Part shown: piece after piece, positions 22,858 through 36,021 of the stretch | Layout of the letters: every line of letters begins with the position of its first letter | Position numbering within the stretch: the first letter of the stretch is position 1 | Source of the DNA: Octopus sinensis | Taxonomy: Eukaryota | Reading direction: 5' to 3' | DNA length: 64,000 bases | NCBI RefSeq assembly: GCF_006345805.1 | Contig: NC_043003.1 | Coordinates: forward strand, 108,500,001 to 108,564,000 | The notes under the pieces: model-generated | Seen by the model: the letters and a program-made list of their open reading frames with translations, nothing else | Databases searched by the model: none | What the model was told of the DNA's origin: nothing | Made by a program: the position numbers and the translations under genes

Positions 22858-23529
22858 ACATATATATATATATATACACATACATATATATATATATATA
22901 CAATACATATATATATATATATATATATATGAGAACAAGATGTACGTTACGCCGCAATAATATATGTATAAAAATTATATATAAAAATACAAACTGGGAC
23001 AAGAACGCAAAACATTTAGAAGACGACACAAAAAACGGACGGGTCATTCGAAGCCTCTAATCTTCAGTCAGGAAATGGATCATCCTCGCAATTTCGGCTG
23101 ATTAATCCTGAGATTGCTCCAATCCGGCCAGCCCCAAGGAAAAACTAAGCTACGAGCATTAGATTTCTTGGAAAAAGGATCGAATGTATACGAAACAAGG
23201 ACAGAAAAACGGACGATGCCACACGAATATAAATACAAAAAACAAAAATAAAAAACAAGAATAGTAATAACAGGACAAAAACAGTGGGTGTCTTACGACT
23301 TTAGACAGTACAACTTAGTTTAGCTGACGTATTTGGAAATAAATGCCTTTGCGGCAGACGAAGAAAACGGTGTTGTCGTGGCGGCGGTCAAAGGCCGAAA
23401 GGCTAGTTGACCAGCGGTCGCGTGAGAGGAGAGAAGAAGAGAGAGAAAAACAGGGGGCAAAGGAATCAAGGTATATCACATCCACATTTGAATTGTTGAG
23501 TAACGGCCTCAACACCCAGTCATAACGTT

Positions 23530-25068
23530 GTAAGAGCTGGGTCAGGCAGCTCCTACCTGGCTGAAAGCTAAATGAGGCTGCTAAGAGAGAGGTTTTGAGA
23601 CGCCACTATGAAAGGTTGCTGAATAAAGAAAATGAATGGTAGATGGCCCTGCTCAATCTGTAGCAGAGGTGTAGGTAGAAACTCTATAAGATGTACCCAG
23701 TGAAAGCTATGGACACATAAGAGGTGCAGTAAGATCAAAGGAAGGCTAACTGGGAAGATAGTATTTGTCTGTGGCAGATGCTCGGGAGCAATAAACACTG
23801 AAAATGCACAGAGAACAACTTCCGCCACATTCCAGGGAGGAAAACAAGAAGTAGTTTTAGCTTCCGTTACCTAGGTGACCAAGTCAGTAGTGGAGGCGTG
23901 TGTGCTGAAAGTGTAGCTGCTAGAATAAGAATAGCTTGGGCAAAGTTCAGAGAGCTCTTACCTCTGCTGGTGACAAAGGGCCTCTTGCTCAGAGTAAAAG
24001 GTAGACTGTATGATGCATGTGTACAAACAGTCATGCTACATAGCAGTGAAACATGGGCCGTGACTGCTGAGGACATGCATAAGCTTGCAAGGAATGAAGC
24101 CAGTATGCTCCGATGGATGTGTAATGTCAGTGTGCATACACGACAGAGTGTTAGTGCCTTGAGAGAAAAGTTGGACCTAAGAAGCATCAGTTGTGGTGTG
24201 CAAGAGAGACGACTGCGCTGGTATGGTCATGTGGCAAGAATGGATGAGGACAGCTGTGTGAAAAAGTGCTACATCCTAGCAGTTGAGGAAACCTGTGGAA
24301 GAGGTAGACCCGGGAAGACCTGGGATGAAGTGGTGAAGCACGACCTTCAAACTTTAGGCCTCACCAAGGAAATGACTAGTGACTGAGACTTTTGGAAATA
24401 TGTCGTGCGTGAGAAGACCCGGTAAGCCAAATGAGACCATAATCTTGTGGCCTATGCATACCTTTTCCTTCTTTGGACACTAAAACTCTGCTTGCGAAGG
24501 CCTGTTGAAGCAAGTGAAATCTAAATCAAATTCGATGACTGGCCTCTGTGCTAGCGGGGTGCAAAGAGCACCATACGAGCGTGATCATTGACAGAGCAGC
24601 TAACCGGCTTCTGTGCCAGTGGCACATAAAAGGCACCATTCGAGTGTGATCATTACTAGCGTCGCCTTACTGGCACTTGAGCCATGTGCTACTAAGGTAG
24701 TAAGAGCACCATCCGAGCGGGATGGTTGCCAGAGCAGCTATCTGGCCTCCGTGCCGGTGGCGTGTAAAAGACACCATTCAAGCGTGATCGTTACCAGCAT
24801 CGCCTTACTGGCACCTGTGCCGGTGGCATGTGTAAAAGATTCGAGCGAGGTTGTTACCAGTACCGCCGGACTGGCCCCCATGCCGGTGGCACGTAAAAGC
24901 ACCCACTACACTCTCAGAGTGGTTGGCATTAGGAAGGGTATCCAGCTGTAGAAACTCTGCCAGATCAAGATTGAAGCCTGGTGCAGCCATCTGGTTTGCC
25001 AGCCCTCAGTCAAATCGTCCAACCCATGCTAGCATGGAAAGCGGACGTTAAACGATGATGATGATGAT
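23530..25068 (+). mobile_element. Internally deleted RTE-type LINE (PHD-like finger, thumb, repetitive 3'UTR, (GAT)n tail)
   Basis: RRHYERLLNKENEW fused to GRWPCSIC..; ORF 23898..24386 (IRIAWAKFRELLPLL, LHSSETW, RRLRWYGHVARM, RGRPGKTW). Confidence 0.9.
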
Positions 25069-25109
25069 ATATACATATATATATGGTTTTATATATATAT
25101 ATATATTTT

Positions 25110-26285
25110 TTTTCTAGTTTCAGCTCAGACCTGCGGCCATGCTGATGCACCGCCGTTTTGCAGCACTGTTATTACTAAGAGCATCCTCTAATAAGTGGTA
25201 CTTGATGAAGAATGGAGTTTGATATAGCTACTCTCATTTGCACCTCTTGCTGTGAGGTAGGTTCATCTGGGACTCTCGACAGGAAGAGGTTCAGCTTGAT
25301 TTAAAAACTCCGACATCTACTTTGTGCACGTTCCGCAGACTCTTTGGGAGAATATTAAAAAGCTGTGGGCCCTTGAAACCCAGGCTGTTGCAGTAACTGG
25401 TCCTGAAGTGCGATGGCATTGCTGGGATCTTTGGCACTATGCAGTGTCGTCCCGTTCTGGCATTGGTGTAGCTTTCAATGCCAAAATTTGGCACAATTCC
25501 TTCCAGCAGAATCCTCCAGATGTATATTACTGCCTACCCCTCCCGTCTTCTCTCCAGGGAGTAGATTCTTAGCTGTTTCAGCCTTTCCCAGTAGCTGAGC
25601 TGTTGCAAACAGACAATCTTCTTTGTGAATCTTCTCTGGATTGCTTCAAGGTCCGCTGTTAATTTCACACTGGTGGGTGACCAGAGCTTGTAGCAGTAAT
25701 TCAGATGGCTGAGGATCAATGTCCGCCAGAGGACCATCATGGTTTCCTAATCTCTGGTTCTGAATGTTCTCGGGATACATCCAGCCAGTCATCTGCACTT
25801 TGTCGCCATCCTGGTAATGTGCGCATGGAAAAAGGCATCATCACTCAAGTCGATACCCAGGTCCTTCACTGATTTAGGCTCTGGGATTGAAATTCCCTGT
25901 GGACCAGTGTACCCTGTAAGATTCATATTCAGTTTTGGATGCTGGTAGAGCAGGGCTTGGAATTTTTCAGCATTAAACTGCATATCATTATCCTCAGCCC
26001 ATCTGTAAATTGAGTCCAACTCCTGCTGCAGGTGTGCAACATCGCTGGGGTTCTGTATTTTCTGTGAGACTTTCGTATCATCTGCATAGCTTGCCAGAGT
26101 GGCTATCCAGGCATTTGAAGGCATATCTGCGAGGACCACTATATAAAGCAGTGGTCCCAAGACAGTGCCCTGTGGAATACCGCGCACTATTTGTGTGTTC
26201 ATAGAGGTGGCTCCATTAACCACTACTGCCTGACTCCTATCTTTCAGGAAGTCATGTAACAACTCTCCAAGTTTTCAGCTATGCC
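25110..26285 (-). mobile_element. CR1/L2-group LINE 3' half, pseudogenised, cut by the assembly gap
   Basis: ORF 25789..26262: FLKDRSQAVVVNG..GIPQGTVLGPLLY..YADDTK..WAEDNDMQFN; ORF 25534..25740: LNYCYKLWSP..LEAIQRRFTK. Confidence 0.92.
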
Positions 26286-26386
26286 NNNNNNNNNNNNNNN
26301 NNNNNNNNNNNNNNNNNNNNNNNNNNNNNNNNNNNNNNNNNNNNNNNNNNNNNNNNNNNNNNNNNNNNNNNNNNNNNNNNNNNNNG
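26286..26386. other. Assembly gap (~100 N)
   Basis: Run of N. Confidence 1.
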
Positions 26387-26649
26387 GATGTATACAGCAA
26401 CTCCACCATGACTCCTTTCCCTTCTGTCTGTTCACAGTATGGCATAGTTTGGTATGTGTACTTCTGCGTCCTCTATATCAGGGCTGAGGTGAGTTTCCAC
26501 AAGTGCTATGCATAGGGCGTGATTGCATGCAGTAAGATCTCTCAGGAAAGAAATCTGGTTTTTATTATGACGCAACATATATATAATATATATATTAATA
26601 TATATATATATATATAATATATATTATATATGTATATATATATGTATAT

Positions 26650-26687
<38 letters not shown>

Positions 26688-26704
26688 TTATATCTAATAT
26701 ATAT

Positions 26705-26736
<32 letters not shown>

Positions 26737-27098
26737 CATATTTATAAATATAATAATAATTAATTAGATAAAGAACTAAAATACGTAAATAATCTTGTAA
26801 AATACGAAATATCTTAAATAAAATATAGAATTAAAAAAATAAGATACAATTAGTTAAAATTTTTAAAACATATATATATATATAAATAAAATACAAAATA
26901 TACATTAAGTGAAACCTAATATATACCAAATATATATGTTTTATTTACTATTTTGCACATTACTTAATCCTTGTTATATGTTTTATCTTATATTTAATCT
27001 TTCTATTATATGTAATCTTTCTAAATGGAATAATTTAAATTTTCATCATTGAATTGATACAAGGTGGGTTTTTTTCTAATTTATATATATATATATGG

Positions 27099-27729
27099 AC
27101 AATTCTGAGTGTTAAAGAACACCTGAATGTCATATACCAAGTGACATAGCTCGCTCCAGATTGAATTCAGAAGTGGTAGTTACCAATATTTTGCCATGCA
27201 CCCGAATCAAACTGAAACAAAATCACTCCCCTTGTCTATGACTTATAGAGAAATAGAGTGAATCCCTCTGCTGATGTGCCACAGCTAAGCACATGTGAAA
27301 GTCAATTAAATTACAAATTAACTATAGCAGCTCTGGTAACTAACTGGCACTCTGTCGCTAACGATAACGAGGGTTCCAGTTGATCCAATCAACAGAATAG
27401 CCCGCTCGTGAAATAAACATACATATGGCTGGGCACTCCACAGACATGTGTACCTTTAATGTAGTTCTCAGGGAGATTCAGCATGTGACACAGAGTGTGA
27501 CAAGGCTGGCCCTTTGAAATACAGGAACTACACATTTTTGACAATTGAGTGAACTGGAGAAACACGAAATTCAGGGTCTTGTTCAAGGACACAATGTGTT
27601 GCCAGGAATTGAACTCACAACCTTGCAATCATGAACCGAACACCCTAATCACTAAACAGCGCGCCTTCACACAGCTCTGGTAATGTAAATATTATCAACA
27701 TTCAGGTGTTCTTCAACACTCAGCATTGT
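27099..27729. mobile_element. MITE-like element with 32-bp inverted ends, interrupted by a SINE
   Basis: ACAATTCTGAGTGTTAAAGAACACCTGAATGT (27099-27130) versus revcomp of 27698-27729, 2 mismatches. Confidence 0.6.
27340..27671 (-). mobile_element. tRNA-derived SINE (family C-like head, different body)
   Basis: Head GAAGGCGCGCTGTTTAGTGATTAGG..GTGAGTTCAATTCC; 12-bp TSD CAGCTCTGGTAA at 27328-39 and 27672-83. Confidence 0.85.
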
Positions 27730-27799
27730 TCAGGGAGTTATCCCAGATGCTACCTTGCAGCAAATTGGCTTATAAACAAAACACATACACTATGTATGT

Positions 27800-29090
27800 G
27801 TGGTCAATAATGTTTAAATGACCAGAATTGTTTTACATTCATAATTTCATTTACTTTCACATGTGCTTAGCCATGGCACATCAGCAAATAGCTTTCTCAC
27901 ACTATTTCTATATAAGTCATAGACAAGGGCAGTGGTCAGTTTCTGTTCAATTCCGGTGCATAGTTTTGACGAGCCACAATAATAGCAAAATATCAGTATC
28001 TACCACTCCTGAATTCAATGCGGGATGAGTTATTTCTCCTTGCAATAACTCACCAGCTCAGTCTTGATGTTGCAGGCAGAGAGGTTGGTTGGTTGGTTGG
28101 TGTCATTTCCAACCATGCCCCACACATAACTGGAAGAATTAGGAGACCAGAAATTGGGGTTAGTGAAGTCAAAGAAATCCTCCTGATAACCACTTCTGCC
28201 TCTCTGGAGATACAGCAAGGAACTAAATCCCATTGCTATGCATATGACCACCCAGCAGCAATCCTCTCCAGCTAGTGTTAGATGACACAATCTTCTGCAG
28301 CTTCACAAATCTGTCTGGATTGAACCTAAGGTCTTGACCAAAGATTTGGAGGAGTATGATGCTACCCTCACTGGAGACATACCCAAAGACCATCACAGTT
28401 TGGGAAAACTAAGTTTCCATGACATCCATATCATCTCTTAAAACTTTTACAATGTTCACAGAGAACTGAGCAGCAGCTATGGTGGAGTCACAATGGCCCA
28501 ATGGTTAGGGCAGCGGACTCGCGGTCGGAGGATCGCGGTTTCGACTCCCAGACCGGGCATTGTGCGTATTTATTGAGTGAAAACACCTAAAGCTCCACGA
28601 GGCTCTGGCAGGGGGTTGGGGGTGGCGACCCCTGTTGTACTCTTTTGCTCCAACTTTCTCTCACTCTTTCTTCCTGTTTCTTGTCCCTGACTTCCTATGC
28701 AACCGCTGAGCCTTGATGCGCATTCATTCATCCATCCGTCGATGCTCTCGGTGTCGGGGGTTGACCTGCTTTCTCTTCTGCGGGTCTTACAAATAGCAAA
28801 GGACCATGTTTCGGACTTCTCCCACTACAGAGGCGCAATCTTGCGAGCTCTGGGACGAAGACTGCTTCGCTCAACAAACAAACAAGCAGCAGCAGCTATG
28901 GTTTTCACACTTTGATATCCAATGCAAATCCTCACGATACAGGTAACACTTTCCTAATATTCTGACAGATTCCACTCCTCTCCATCAGTTAATCTTTTTC
29001 TCAGCTACAACTTTAATCTTTATGCTCTCCAAATCTCATTGACTCTTCACCAATACATCAAGCTCTTCCTGAAGAAAGGAGACATAAAAA
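27800..29090 (-). mobile_element. Highly degraded maT/DD37D-type transposon, split by a SINE
   Basis: Minus-strand remnants FSQTVMVFGYVSSEG..QDLRFN..QKWLS..DFTNPNFWSPNS..YVWGMVGNDTN. Confidence 0.7.
28484..28887 (+). mobile_element. Full-length tRNA-derived SINE family D with (AAAC)n tail
   Basis: Head TGGCCCAATGGTTAGGGCAGCGG..GGTTTCGACTCCC; 15-bp TSD AGCAGCAGCTATGGT at 28469-83 and 28888-902. Confidence 0.9.
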
Positions 29091-29109
29091 AAAACATCAT
29101 CAAATTTCA

Positions 29110-29462
29110 GTATCAGTCATAGGATTGCGGCCATGCTGTAGCACTGCCTTGAAATGTTTTGAACAATTTGACCCCAGGAATTATTTTTTTTAACCTAGTA
29201 CTTATTCTATTGGTCTCTTTGCTAAACTGCTAAGCTATGGGGACATTATTACACCAACATTGGTCTGGTTGTCAAGCGATGATGGAGGACAAACACAAAG
29301 ATACACTCACATACACATATATATAATGAGCTTTTTCCCACTTGCAGGGCTTTGGTCGACCCGAGGCTATAGTAGAAGACATTTATCCAAGATGCCATGC
29401 AGTGGGACTGAACCCAGAACCATGTGGTTGGGAAGCAAGCTTCTTACCACACAGTCACACCA
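29110..29462 (-). mobile_element. SINE family B
   Basis: GGGACTGAACCCAGAACCATGTGGTTGGGAAGC..CTTCTTACCACACAGTCAC head (revcomp) and TTTCAGT..TGCGGCCATGCTG tail. Confidence 0.8.
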
Positions 29463-29472
29463 GTGCACATAT

Positions 29473-29530
<58 letters not shown>

Positions 29531-29699
29531 CATATATGAACTCAGTGACTGGCCCTGAAGGATTCCTAGCAATCCTAAAAATGTGTAACAAGGATTCCTA
29601 GCAATTCTTGTAAAATATATAACAATGAAGTCTCTCTTTCAGACCTTCCTTCAAGCGGCAAACTTCCAGGCATATGTCCCATAAATATGGAAGCAGAGT

Positions 29700-31460
29700 C
29701 AGTGCTCAAAACTATCAGACTATTTCTCTGGCCTCATACATCAGGAAAGCAATGTAATAAATTGCCAAAAAGAAACTAATTACATGCCTTGAAGAAAATG
29801 ACTTGGTAACTAACCCCTTGTATGGTTTAGAACAAAGAAGAAGCCACAGCTTGTACCACATTATGACTAGGTGTTGAAATAGTTACTCAACCACAAAAAT
29901 GTGGATTTGATAGATCTTGATTTTGCAAGAGCCATCATTAAAGTCCATCATGGAATGATATGTTACAAGCTGCATGATCTTGTGAAGGTGCACAGCTCAG
30001 TGGTTAGAGTGCGAGGCTCACAATCATGAGGTAGTGAGTTCAATTCCTGGACCGGGTTGTGTGTTGTGTTCTTGAGCAAGACACTTTATTTCACATTGCT
30101 CCAGTTCACTCAGCTATAGAAATGAGTTGCGACATCATTGGTGGGAAGCTGTATTGACTTTTGCCTTTTCTTTGGATAACATCAGTGATGTGGAGAGGGG
30201 TACGCATGGGCGACTGCTGGTCTTCCATAAACCTTGCCCAGACTTGTGCCTTGGAGGAGAACTTTCTAGGTGTAATCCCATGGTCATTTAGAATTGTCCA
30301 GGGATCTATTCCTGATACTTGCATGATCTTGTTATAATCAGAAAACTGAAAGATTAGCTGCATGACTTTTTAAAAGAGAGAAATCAGGCACTAATAGCCA
30401 TCAGAGCCATATCCCAGGAAACAAAGATAATGAGTGGAGTCCCACAAGATACTGTCTTGGTGTTCATTACGGCTTTGTCAGACACATCCTCAGTTATACA
30501 GACAACCAGCCTCACTAGCTAAACAGATGATACAAAAGTGTTATAAGTAATAACCATGGAGATGCTATGCACCTGCAATGTATCTTAAATGTTATTTATA
30601 AGTGGGCTGAAGAAAATAATGTGCAGTTTAAAGCTGAAAAATTACAAGTTTTCTGCAATCAGAACAGAGTTAAATGTAATGCACAGAAAATAGTGTGAAG
30701 CAGGTGGGACTGCAGAGGCAGAGTCAGGGTCAGTCTGTGACTTGGACATAAACATAGGTAGGGATGCAACTGTTCAGGTGCAACTGTGCTAAGACAGCAA
30801 TGAAATATAAACTAGCTGGATGGATTCTAAGAACTTTCAGAAAAGGATGGCAGGAAATCATGGTGATTTCTTGGAAGGCATTTGCTCTTAGCCATCTAAA
30901 TTATTGCTCCCAATTGTGGTCACCACATAGTGCTAAATTAATGGTGGATCTTGAAGCAATCCAATGCTGCTATGCAAAAGTGATTGCCTCAATGCAACAG
31001 ATCAGCTATTGAGGAAGGTTGAAAAGTTTAAGGCTCCATTCTAATAGAATGAAAACAGGAAAGATATGCTGTAAAATATGTCTGGAGACTCCTGGAAGGA
31101 TTTGCACCAAACTAGGGCACTGAAAGCTATACTAATCTTCCAACAGGGCACCACTGCATAGTACTAACACATCCTGTTTTCACCATCCAGATTTACAACA
31201 AAGTACTGCAACAGCTTAGAGTTCAAAAGCCCATAATTTTTCAATATCCTACCCTGGAGATGTCTTCAAAATACAAGGACCTTCAACCACATAGAATTCT
31301 TGAAGAATCTACTCCACAACATGAAGCACAACTAAGGGCAGTAACTTTGAACTCCCTCATTCACTAATGCCAACTACAGAAGGAGTCTCTGTAAAAGTTT
31401 AGCAACACCAATGGCAATGCCACAGCATGGCCACAGTTTATAGACTGAAACAAGTGAAAA
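29700..31460 (+). mobile_element. Degraded CR1/L2-group LINE, split by a SINE
   Basis: NYQTISL..LDFARA..SGVPQDTVL..WAEENNVQF..ALSHLNYCSQLWSP..DLEAIQ remnants; CAGCATGGCCACAG..CTGAAAC 3' end. Confidence 0.8.
29984..30319 (+). mobile_element. SINE family C
   Basis: Head GCTCAGTGGTTAGAG..GTGAGTTCAATTCC; 13-bp TSD TGCATGATCTTGT at 29971-83 and 30320-32. Confidence 0.9.
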
Positions 31461-31699
31461 ATAAAAGAATACATATGCATAGATACATATATATATGCAT
31501 GTGTGTGTGCTATGTGTGAGTGTTGTGTGTGTGTGCTTGTATGTATGTATATGTAGACACATGTATATATATGCTGCATATACACATATATATACCTATA
31601 TTTGTATACACATACACAAGTGGGAGTGTTCATCAACAACAGCCTCCTATCTTTCAACATTCATGTAAAGAGATCTCATGTTACAGACATCTTCTAAAC

Positions 31700-31870
31700 A
31701 AATATTAGTCATCCTCTGTCTGGCAGCAGAGATCTTTCCATCAGACATACGTCATTGTTGCAATCGGATAAAGAGGCATGCAAGTCACAACTTCATTGTT
31801 GATGACTCGGTCAGTTTATTTGATGTTCAGAATCTGTCTTAGGCTGTGAAGGTGGAAGGCATTGAGAACC
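31700..31870 (-). mobile_element. Small RTE LINE fragment
   Basis: VVLNAFHLHSLRQILNIK*TDRVINNEV. Confidence 0.6.
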
Positions 31871-32054
31871 ACACTAGCCTGTGGTCTTGTGTTCAGTCTT
31901 ACTGCATGGCATCCTGGGGCAAATATCCTATACTCTAGCCCCAGGCTGACCAAAACGTTGTAAGTAAACTTGTTAGATGAAAATTGAAAGAAGTCCATGT
32001 TATCATCTCTCCATCCTGAAAACAGAGGCTGGATTTTTACCTATCGTTTATCGC

Positions 32055-32214
32055 AGGAGTGGCTGTGTGGTAAGTAGCTTGCTAACCAACCACATGGTTC
32101 TGGGTTCAGTCCCACTGCGTGGCACCTTGGGCAAGTGTCTTCTGCTATAGCACCGGGCCGACCAGTGCCTTGTGAGTGGATTTGGTAGACGGAAACTGAA
32201 AGAAGCCCGTTGTA

Positions 32215-32253
<39 letters not shown>

Positions 32254-32470
32254 TTGTGTGTCTGTGTTTGTGTGTTTGTCCCCCTAGCATTGCTTGACAA
32301 CCGATGCTGGTGTGTTTACGTCCCCATCACTTAGCGGTTCGGCAAAGGAGACTGATAGAATAAGTACTGGGATTACAAAGAATAAGTCTCGGGGTCGATT
32401 TGCTCGACTAAAGGTGGTGCTCCAGCATGGCCGCAGTCAAATGACTGAAACAAGTAAAAGAGTAAAAGAG
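32055..32470 (+). mobile_element. Full-length SINE family B with internal (TA)n/(TG)n
   Basis: GGAGTGGCTGTGTGGTAAG..GGGTTCAGTCCC..GGTGGTGCTCCAGCATGGCCGCAGTCAAATGACTGAAACAAGTAAAAGAG. Confidence 0.9.
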
Positions 32471-33184
32471 ATTATGCTTCCATTACTTGTTCCATACCCA
32501 TGACTTTTTGTGAACTACATCCAACACCTTTATGAAGTAATTCCAAGCCTCCAGAAACAACTATTGCTCGTGATCACTCCCACTTACACACTTACACGTG
32601 TGTGTGTGTGTAAACCATAGCTTCTCCCCTTAATTTTCTGCGTCATTGTACTTCTATGTAAGTTTGCTCAGTGGATATATAAATATCTTTATATTTGCAT
32701 ATGAATGAGGATGCATGGCTTTGTGGTAAGGTTTTGTACTCACAACTGTGAGATCATGGTTTCAGTTCCTAGACCCGGTGGTGCGCTGTGTTCTTCACCA
32801 AAACACTTCATCTCACATCACTCTGTGATCACTTTGACACCTGACATGTGCTACACCATGAACCTGTTCGGGTGACAGCAATTGGATGGAGGTGGGAGTG
32901 AGCTAATGTCCAGCACATGCATTTGGTCCCTCTAAACAAATCATTTATAGAGGTTGTTTGGCTGAAAGCTGAACACTCATACATCATCTTCAATGAGAGA
33001 GTCCATTATATATGAAGAGTCCATTATATATGAATATTCATCATCTGCATATTTTCAGTTTTTGTTTCCTCTATTTACATGTATATATATATATATATGG
33101 ATATGGATATGTATAGTTTGTATGTCTAGCCCAAGAGGTTTCATTTGTTTTATCTCTATATATTTCTCTATGTAAGTGTGTGTA

Positions 33185-33485
33185 CCAAAGTACAAATATA
33201 TAGGAAGTTACCACCTGTATCATCTCTTGTGAAAAGTAGAAGAGTCCAGTTTGCTGGACATTGTTGTAGAGCTGAAAACGAGGTAATTTTTACTCTTCTC
33301 CTCTGGAAGCCATCTGCTCGTGATACCAGAGGGTGCACACTCTCCTACCCTGATGTAATCTCCAGGGATACAGGCATCCAGCAACAGGACCTCCATAATG
33401 GTATGAAGGACCGTGAAGTCTGGCGTAACATAGTAAATTCCATTGTCCCGACCACGGTCGAACAATGAATGAATGAATGTGTGAG
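33185..33485 (+). mobile_element. LINE 3' end (RTE-like thumb) with (TGAA)n tail
   Basis: ORF 33145..33468: LPPVSSLVKSRRVQFAGHCCRAENE..SYPDVISRDTG..DREVWRNIV. Confidence 0.75.
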
Positions 33486-33539
33486 TGAGTGTGTCTGAGT
33501 GCACCTTAGTCTAGACATCACTTGATGGTTGTAAATGAG

Positions 33540-33742
33540 CATCGTCATCATCATACAAGCAAAATTGCTCATTTCCAGTCTTCTGTGAAAAACATGTCAG
33601 GCTGTTGGAAATATTACCTTGCATGGAAACATGTGAAGGTTGGCGACAGGAAGGACACCTAACTGTAGAAAATCTGTCTCAACAAATTCTGATCCTTGCA
33701 AGCATCATGATCAAGTGAATGTTAAATGATGATGATGATGAT
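33540..33742 (+). mobile_element. SINE-like repeat with RTE-type (GAT)n tail
   Basis: Homologous to 7745-7975. Confidence 0.6.
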
Positions 33743-33854
33743 TTCTTTGCTAAAATTTGAAGACATTTTATATCTGCATATCAATAAATATATGACACTA
33801 CCATAACTTCTGCAGTCCCAGCATGACCACTGTCCAATCACTGAAACAAGTGAT

Positions 33855-34273
33855 ATATTATATATATATATAATATATAGATATATATATATATATAGAT
33901 ATATATATATAGATATAATATATATATATTATAGATATATATATTAGATATATATATATATACATATAGATATATATATATAGATATATATATATATATA
34001 TAGATATATATATATATATAATATATATATCTATCATATATATATATATATATATAGATATATAGATATATATATAATATATTATATATATATATAGATA
34101 TATTATTATATATATATATAATATATATAGATATATATATTATAGATATATATATATTAATATATAAGATATATAGATATTATATATTATATATATATAT
34201 ATAGATATATATATATATAGATATTATATATAGATATATATAGATATATAGATATATAGATATATATATATAT

Positions 34274-34310
<37 letters not shown>

Positions 34311-34344
34311 TATATATATATATATAGATATATATTATATATAT

Positions 34345-34402
<58 letters not shown>

Positions 34403-34872
34403 TATATATAATAGATATATATATATAGATATATATATATATACATATAGATATATATATATAGATATATATATATATATAGATATATATATATATATAT
34501 TATATATTTATATAGAGATATATATATATATATATATAGATATATAGATATATATATATATATATATATATATAGATATATATATTATATATATATATAG
34601 AATATATATATATATATATATATAGATATATATATATATATATAGATTATATTATATATATATATATCTATATATATATATATATAGATATATATATATA
34701 GATATATATATATCTATATATAATATAGATTATATATAGATATATATATATATAGATATATATATATATATATAATATATATATATATATATAGATATAT
34801 ATATATATATATATATAGATATATATATTATAATATATAGATATATATATATATATTATATATAGATATATA

Positions 34873-34904
<32 letters not shown>

Positions 34905-34960
34905 GATAATATATATATATATATTATATATATATATATATTATATAATATAATATTAGC
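33855..34960. repeat. Large (TA)n/(TATAGA)n low-complexity array
   Basis: Direct reading. Confidence 0.95.
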
Positions 34961-35039
34961 AACATTATAATGATGATATAGAATTGGAGACTTGTTCATC
35001 CTCAAAATGTATTTCCTCTTATTTTACAATTTTATACAG

Positions 35040-35185
35040 CGTTTGGCGTTAGGAAGGACATCCAGCTGTAGAAACTCTGCCAGATCAAGATTGGAGCCTG
35101 GTGCAGCCATCTGGCTCACCAGCCCTCAGTCAAAATCGTCCGACCCATGCTAGCATGGAAAGCTATGTAGATGATGATGATGATG
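35040..35185 (+). mobile_element. RTE LINE 3' end
   Basis: TTGGCGTTAGGAAGGACATCCAGCTGTAGAAAC..CCCATGCTAGCATGGAAAG..GATGATGAT. Confidence 0.85.
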
Positions 35186-35402
35186 ACAGCTCACTATTAT
35201 GGACTTAAGACCATAATAGGAAGTTGTATAAAAGTGTCAGTTAACAATTAACTGTTATCGGATGACAATGCTGGCTACCTTCAGTGAATGTATATGAACT
35301 TCAGTTATTTGAATTTACTATATTCAGTAAATCCTCACTTTGGTAAATCCAAATGTCTTTATAAAGAGTGCATAGTGACGATAGAGGAGAAATAATAAAT
35401 TA

Positions 35403-35528
35403 ATATCAGGAGAACAGAGATTGACATATTCAGGCTTTGCAGCAGAAACACGTGTGGGTACTGACAATGAATGATGTGATTAACTGTATAATAAAGCCTG
35501 GATAAGTAAATCTCTGTTCTCCTGACAT
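35403..35528. repeat. Small inverted-repeat element (~36-bp imperfect arms)
   Basis: ATATCAGGAGAACAGAGATTGACATATTCAGGCTTT versus revcomp ATGTCAGGAGAACAGAGATTTACTTATCCAGGCTTT. Confidence 0.65.
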
Positions 35529-35529
35529 G

Positions 35530-35839
35530 TATATATACATATATATCGATATATACTGATATATACTTATATATACATATATATATATATATATGGATAT
35601 TACTGATATATATATATATATATATATATGGATATTACTGATATATATGGATATATACTGATATATATATGGATATACTGATATATCTATATATATATAT
35701 ATTATATATATATATATATAACTGATAGATATATATATAATATCTATATATATATAATATTAATATATATACTGATATATATATATATATATATATATAT
35801 TCTATTATATATATATATAGATATACTGATATATATATA

Positions 35840-35876
<37 letters not shown>

Positions 35877-35979
35877 TGATATATATATATAATATAAATA
35901 ATATATATATATCTATATATATATATATATATACTGATATATATATATATATATATCTATATATATACTGATATATATC

Positions 35980-36021
<42 letters not shown>

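Noticed and set aside
23384-23412. GGTCAA-AGGCC-GAAA-GGCT-AG-TTGACC hairpin
   Set aside because: Short GNRA hairpin with no catalytic core around it; likely chance or a repeat remnant.
26244-26487. ORFs spanning the N run
   Set aside because: Artefacts of the assembly gap.
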